NCBI RefSeq assembly: GCF_001642725.1
Contig: NZ_LSUQ01000009.1
Location: forward strand, 1-64,000
Direction of reading: 5' to 3'
DNA: 64,000 nt
DNA from: Ferroacidibacillus organovorans
Lineage (GTDB): Bacteria; Bacillota; Bacilli; Alicyclobacillales; SLC66
The position numbers were made by a program, and so were the translations under genes. Below are positions 59,937 to 64,000 of the stretch, piece by piece. Under the pieces are notes generated by a model that was not told the origin of the DNA, did not search any database, and saw only the letters and a list, made by a program, of their open reading frames with translations. Position 1 is the first letter of the stretch. Every line of letters begins with the position of its first letter.

Positions 59937-60361
59937 CTCTGTTCACCGCCTTTTCGAACTGTATCGATCGCCTCAGAATCAGGAATAACTTCTTTGAGAA
60001 ATCGATCACGGTGAAGAAGGAGATCTGCTTTCAGCATCTCAAGCTGATCAATTTTTTCCTCAATCTCCTTTAGTCTTTCATCTGTAAATTGAAGTATGCG
60101 TTCCTTTTCAATGACTCCTTTTGGGTTCATCTCGTACAAGTCAACCATTTCTTTAATATCCTGAAGACTAAATCCGAGCCGTTTACCGCGAAGAATCAGT
60201 TTCAATCGGCGACGTTCCCGTTGTGTATAAAATCGTGGATGATTGGGAGTATCCCGATCTACTGAGGTTAACAGTCCAACTTCTTCATAGTAGCGAATGG
60301 TTCGCGTACTGATATCAAACCGTTCCGCAAGATCTGTGATGGAATAAAGCCGTTCCTTCAA
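59933..60361 (-). CDS. MerR-family regulator, LiuR-like
   Basis: 'YSITDLAERFDISTRTIRYYEE', 'RLKLILRGKRLGFSL'. Confidence 0.9.
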   Translation of the reverse strand: MKERLYSITDLAERFDISTRTIRYYEEVGLLTSVDRDTPNHPRFYTQRERRRLKLILRGKRLGFSLQDIKEMVDLYEMNPKGVIEKERILQFTDERLKEIEEKIDQLEMLKADLLLHRDRFLKEVIPDSEAIDTVRKGGEQS

Positions 60362-60382
60362 GCGCAGACCCCCTTGTTGCCA

Positions 60383-60398
60383 TTTACGTTAACGTCAA
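60383..60398. promoter_or_regulatory. LiuR-type palindromic operator
   Basis: TTTACGTTAACGTCAA directly upstream of the regulator. Confidence 0.8.
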
Positions 60399-60473
60399 TA
60401 CAACCCTATGATAAATCTGCAATTTAGAAAAGTAAATGGTATTCTGCAATCGGCGAAGTCAAAACATCGTCAC

Positions 60474-60513
60474 AAAAAATCCCGGAGACACGATACCGAT
60501 CGTGTCTCCGGGA
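60474..60513 (-). terminator. Intrinsic terminator of the mscS-fabV-btuF-like unit
   Basis: 15-bp perfect stem TCCCGGAGACACGAT/ATCGTGTCTCCGGGA then T6 on the minus strand. Confidence 0.85.
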
Positions 60514-60541
60514 AGAATGCGTAGCAGTGACCGTGGAATGT

Positions 60542-61348
60542 TTATGACGATCGCCTTATCACTCCATTCGATGAATCGACAAAGGTCTGTAGCAAATCGT
60601 GCATGACCCTGAGTTGATCAACGAGCATTGGACCACATTGAAGTACTTCACTACTGATCTCATAGATACGTTCCTCACGTAGTGCGCGCATGGTAGTAAA
60701 ACCGGCGCGGGTTAAAAATTCATTGGATTGAAAAGGGTTGCCACACCATGACGCAAAAACGATCTCAGGGTCACGTTCAAGAATCTGTTCCGGTGAAATA
60801 ATCCGCTCAACGGCACTACGCCCATGCACCGAGATCTCCCGAAAAATATCTTCTCCCCCTGCAATTTCAATTAAGTCGCTGATCCATCCCGTTCCCACGA
60901 TCACGGGATCCATCCACTCTTCAAAATAGACACGTGGGTGAAACGGAAACTCAGCAGCCTTTTTTTTCACCACGTCAATCTCTGATTTTAATTGCGCGCA
61001 ATAACGCTCCGCCTTTTCTGGTTGCCCAACAATGTTTCCCAAGAGTAATATTGACTGAAACATGTCTGTCAAACGGTGTGGATTGAAGTGCAGCAACGTT
61101 ACACCACGCTGCGCCAATTCTGAAGCGAGATCTTTTTGAACACCTGATGTCAAAATTACCAGATCGGGTTTATCGCGTAAAATACGATCAATACTTCCGT
61201 TTTTAAACCCAGAAACTTTAGGGATTGAAAGCGCCTCGCTCGGTCGCGTGGTATACGCTGAAATGCCGACAACTCGGTCAAGCACGCCAAGCACATCAAG
61301 AATTTCGGGGACTTCAGCCGCGAGACACACAATACGCTCTGGTACCAT
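60542..61348 (-). CDS. BtuF/TroA-like helical-backbone binding protein (cobalamin/iron-siderophore type), no signal peptide
   Basis: 'PERIVCL', 'KPDLVI', 'PRVYFEEWMDP', 'LIEIAGG', 'DPEIVFASWCG'. Confidence 0.8.
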   Translation of the reverse strand: MVPERIVCLAAEVPEILDVLGVLDRVVGISAYTTRPSEALSIPKVSGFKNGSIDRILRDKPDLVILTSGVQKDLASELAQRGVTLLHFNPHRLTDMFQSILLLGNIVGQPEKAERYCAQLKSEIDVVKKKAAEFPFHPRVYFEEWMDPVIVGTGWISDLIEIAGGEDIFREISVHGRSAVERIISPEQILERDPEIVFASWCGNPFQSNEFLTRAGFTTMRALREERIYEISSEVLQCGPMLVDQLRVMHDLLQTFVDSSNGVIRRSS

Positions 61349-61361
61349 CTCGATCAACCCC

Positions 61362-62540
61362 TCACAGGCTCACATTCGGATCGACATCTTCTTCATAATC
61401 GACGTCTGCCAATCCAAATCCGAACAGTTTCAAAAACTCACTGCGATATCCTTTTATATCAGAGAGCGCTTCGAGATTTGCCGTTTCTACCTTCTGCCAT
61501 AACGAAGATACGATGTCCTGAACATCATCGCGCATTTCATAGTCATCCATGCGAATCCTGCCTTGCTCGTCCGCCACTACATCATGACCGCCGTACAATC
61601 GATTTGCAAAAAGGCGATACATCTGCTCGATGCACCCTTCGTGAAGACCCTTTTCTTTCATCACATTAAACAAAAGGGAAATATAGAGAGGAACCACTGG
61701 AATAGCAGAACTTGATTGCGTGACGACCGCCTTATTGACAGAGACATACGCTTTTCCACCAAATTCACGCATTTCTCGTGTAAGCGTGTGAGCCGTCGCC
61801 TCAAGGTCATCTTTCGCGCGGCCAATGGTACCATCACGGTAGACTGCTTTCGTGACTTCAGGACCGATGTATGAATACGCAAGCGTAACAATGCCATCAG
61901 CCAAAACTCCTGCATCGCGCAACGCATGCATCCACATCGACCAATCTTCTCCGCCCATCACGTTCACGGTTTGCTGAATTTCCTCATCCGTTGCCGGTTC
62001 AAGTGTGACGGTCGTCACTTCGCCGCTGTGAAAATTGACTGTCTTATTCTGATACGTCTTTCCAATCGGCTTGAGAACAGAAGTGAAAGTCTCCCCTGTT
62101 TTCGGATGGGTTCTCCGCGGCGAGGCGAGACTATAGACAACAAGATCCACCTGTCCCAAATCTTTTTTTATCGTATCTATTGTTTCTTGCTTGATTGCGT
62201 CAGAGAACGCATCCCCATTGATGCTCTTCGCGTAAAGCCCTGCTTCGCGCGCCTTCTTCTCAAACGCCGCCGTATTATACCAACCAGCCGTCGCCGTGCG
62301 TTGATCTGAAGAAGGCTTCTCGAAAAAGACACCGAGTGTAGCTGCATTCGCTGAGAACGCCGCGGCAATGCGCGATGCAAGCCCGTAACCCGTGGATGCG
62401 CCGATCACAAGCACGCGTTTAGGTCCCTCCACGGCAGGTTGCGATTTTACATACTCAATTTGTTCATATACATTGGCAGCACATCCTGCTGGATGCGCAG
62501 TGGTACAAATGAATCCGCGAATTTTCGGTTGAATCATCAT
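61362..62540 (-). CDS. fabV: Enoyl-ACP reductase FabV / trans-2-enoyl-CoA reductase
   Basis: 'RGFICTTAHPAGC', 'GASTGYGLASR', 'TAGWYN', 'VMGGEDW', 'YRDGTIGRAK', 'HEGCIEQ'. Confidence 0.93.
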   Translation of the reverse strand: MMIQPKIRGFICTTAHPAGCAANVYEQIEYVKSQPAVEGPKRVLVIGASTGYGLASRIAAAFSANAATLGVFFEKPSSDQRTATAGWYNTAAFEKKAREAGLYAKSINGDAFSDAIKQETIDTIKKDLGQVDLVVYSLASPRRTHPKTGETFTSVLKPIGKTYQNKTVNFHSGEVTTVTLEPATDEEIQQTVNVMGGEDWSMWMHALRDAGVLADGIVTLAYSYIGPEVTKAVYRDGTIGRAKDDLEATAHTLTREMREFGGKAYVSVNKAVVTQSSSAIPVVPLYISLLFNVMKEKGLHEGCIEQMYRLFANRLYGGHDVVADEQGRIRMDDYEMRDDVQDIVSSLWQKVETANLEALSDIKGYRSEFLKLFGFGLADVDYEEDVDPNVSL

Positions 62541-63466
62541 GCGTGATACCCCTCCATTGTTCGAGACGCTGCCACTTGTTTCGAGGCAATTTGTAGAATT
62601 TCATCGCGCACCTCGTCACCCAAACGCACGGTGTCAAGTGTGACGAGGAACGAATAACCCGTCGGGTACATATCAATCATGCGAACCACAACGTTTTTTT
62701 CTCCATGATTCTTAACGTGGGATTGCAGTGCTTCACGCGTTTGCGTCACCAACTGTTCCGCATTCACTTCGAGTGGCGTGTCAAAGCGCACGCGCACGCG
62801 ACTGCGTTTCTTGGCAGATCGATTCTCAATAAAAGCTTGCACGATAATCCCGTTTGGAATCAGTTGCAAAAAGCCGTCACTGTCCTCAAGCGCCGTGTAC
62901 ATCAAATTGATATCGTGAACTTGTCCATAGTATGCCGGACGCATCGCTTCATGTGGATAACTCGGCATCAACAGTGGATACTGCCACGTTACCAATCCGA
63001 TCTGATCGCCAACCCGAAAAGGGTGAAACAAGATCAACCAGACTCCGCCGATAATGTTTGCAAACACTTGTTGTCCAGCGAGTCCGACGATAACCGTGAC
63101 AAATGCGCCGCCAAAGACGATGCTCGATAATCCAATGCCAATGGAAGCTAAGAACGCTAAAATGATCGTGACAAACAAGAGAAGACGCACCAGGTATTTT
63201 AAAGAGGCCGCGTGATCCACACGCAAGTGTAGCGCCGCCATCGAGAACAACCGACGTTCAAGAAGTCTTGACACAGCGATCCCAATCAACAAAACAAGCA
63301 GCGCGCGCGCTGCGGCTTGCCACGATGCCGGGAGCCCTTTTAGCAAACCGTGTGGCGCTTCCATTGCCAATCCAATCGCCAAACCTACGAAAACAAGCAG
63401 GACAATACCGATGAGTGTGCCACGCCACGATTTTTTGGCGGGAGGCCTTGAAGTATCCTTTGACAC
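62537..63466 (-). CDS. Small-conductance mechanosensitive channel family protein
   Basis: 'VGLAGQQVFANIIGG', 'PFRVGD', 'IPNG'; N-terminal TM helices. Confidence 0.88.
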   Translation of the reverse strand: MSKDTSRPPAKKSWRGTLIGIVLLVFVGLAIGLAMEAPHGLLKGLPASWQAAARALLVLLIGIAVSRLLERRLFSMAALHLRVDHAASLKYLVRLLLFVTIILAFLASIGIGLSSIVFGGAFVTVIVGLAGQQVFANIIGGVWLILFHPFRVGDQIGLVTWQYPLLMPSYPHEAMRPAYYGQVHDINLMYTALEDSDGFLQLIPNGIIVQAFIENRSAKKRSRVRVRFDTPLEVNAEQLVTQTREALQSHVKNHGEKNVVVRMIDMYPTGYSFLVTLDTVRLGDEVRDEILQIASKQVAASRTMEGYHA

Positions 63467-63634
63467 ATCCTGTGCCCCCTGTCCATACACATCTTGTGCA
63501 GACTGATTAAATCCTATCGTTTGCCAGGGATAGAGTCAAATTTCCGCTTAACACAAAAAAAGGTTATATTCAATAAATATATTTTATCGGTTAAAACAGG
63601 AAGGGAAAAGGTCTTTATTGCATAGACTTAGAAA

Positions 63635-63768
63635 TGAATCCGTGGATGGTTACTGTGGGATGGGCACTCACAGTATGGATGGACCTTGGATTCACGCCGA
63701 AGGGGATCCGGATGCATTTCCGGATCCCCTTCCAGCTTCTGAATTGGGCATTCACAACATGGATGGAC
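63635..63768. repeat. Two 24-bp imperfect direct repeats flanking a 14-bp perfect hairpin
   Basis: TGGGCAcTCACAgtATGGATGGAC (63661-63684), TGGGCAtTCACAacATGGATGGAC (63745-63768), GAAGGGGATCCGGA-N6-TCCGGATCCCCTTC (63699-63732). Confidence 0.8.
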
Positions 63769-63781
63769 AGCGCGCTTCACA

Positions 63782-63973
63782 TCAGGTAAAAATGGCCCGA
63801 ATTTGGGAGCAAGGCACCCGCAACAGGACACCGTTTACCAAAAACAGCGCGACACCGTTTTGGAAACCTTGGAAGCGAGCCAGAAAAATCGCAGCATCGA
63901 TCCAAACAAAAACCGTCGTTCCGACGCCCACTCCGGTAAGAACTGGGCAAGACATTCCGTATCCGATCGGCAT
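63782..63973 (-). CDS. Small hypothetical protein
   Basis: Strong AAGGAGGTG RBS ahead of the ATG; 63-aa beta-rich ORF. Confidence 0.65.
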   Translation of the reverse strand: MPIGYGMSCPVLTGVGVGTTVFVWIDAAIFLARFQGFQNGVALFLVNGVLLRVPCSQIRAIFT

Positions 63974-64000
63974 ATCATCTCACCTCCTTTCAAAACATCG

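Noticed and set aside
63628..63831. 67-aa Cys-rich ORF with repeated VHPxCECP, or a mini-CRISPR
   Set aside because: The peptide repeat follows from the DNA repeat and there is no RBS; only two repeats and no cas genes in the window

Overview
A 64 kb chromosomal window from a Bacillota bacterium. GGAGG ribosome sites, sigma-A promoters and gene content suggest Alicyclobacillaceae, but that placement is inference. Most genes are on the minus strand. The left ~9 kb is a mosaic accessory region: an ArsR regulator, a truncated GNAT joined to an MFS transporter, cspA and a YdjO-like gene, a decayed IS21 end, DUF2239 with a hydrolase, a GNAT and a GC-rich aspartase/fumarase. Next is a hemerythrin-narGHJI block whose narI carries an in-frame TGA, a c-di-AMP riboswitch ahead of a cation/H+ antiporter with two USP domains, and helD with convergent promoters. 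These are followed by a PadR/membrane-protein pair, an ECF sigma with a tandem-repeat protein, and a run of detoxification genes. The right half holds a B12-riboswitch-controlled anaerobic corrin operon, an ECF sigma/anti-sigma/secD/secF unit, a GH84 enzyme, alkylation repair genes, a LiuR-like acyl-CoA operon and mscS-fabV-btuF-like genes. No CRISPR array, rRNA, tRNA or prophage was seen. The strongest leads are the helD face-to-face promoters, palindromic operators over the DUF2239 promoter, the ECF-coupled repeat protein, the ECF-linked secDF unit and a possible c-di-AMP-binding USP motif in the antiporter. Family calls come from motif recognition, not database searches.
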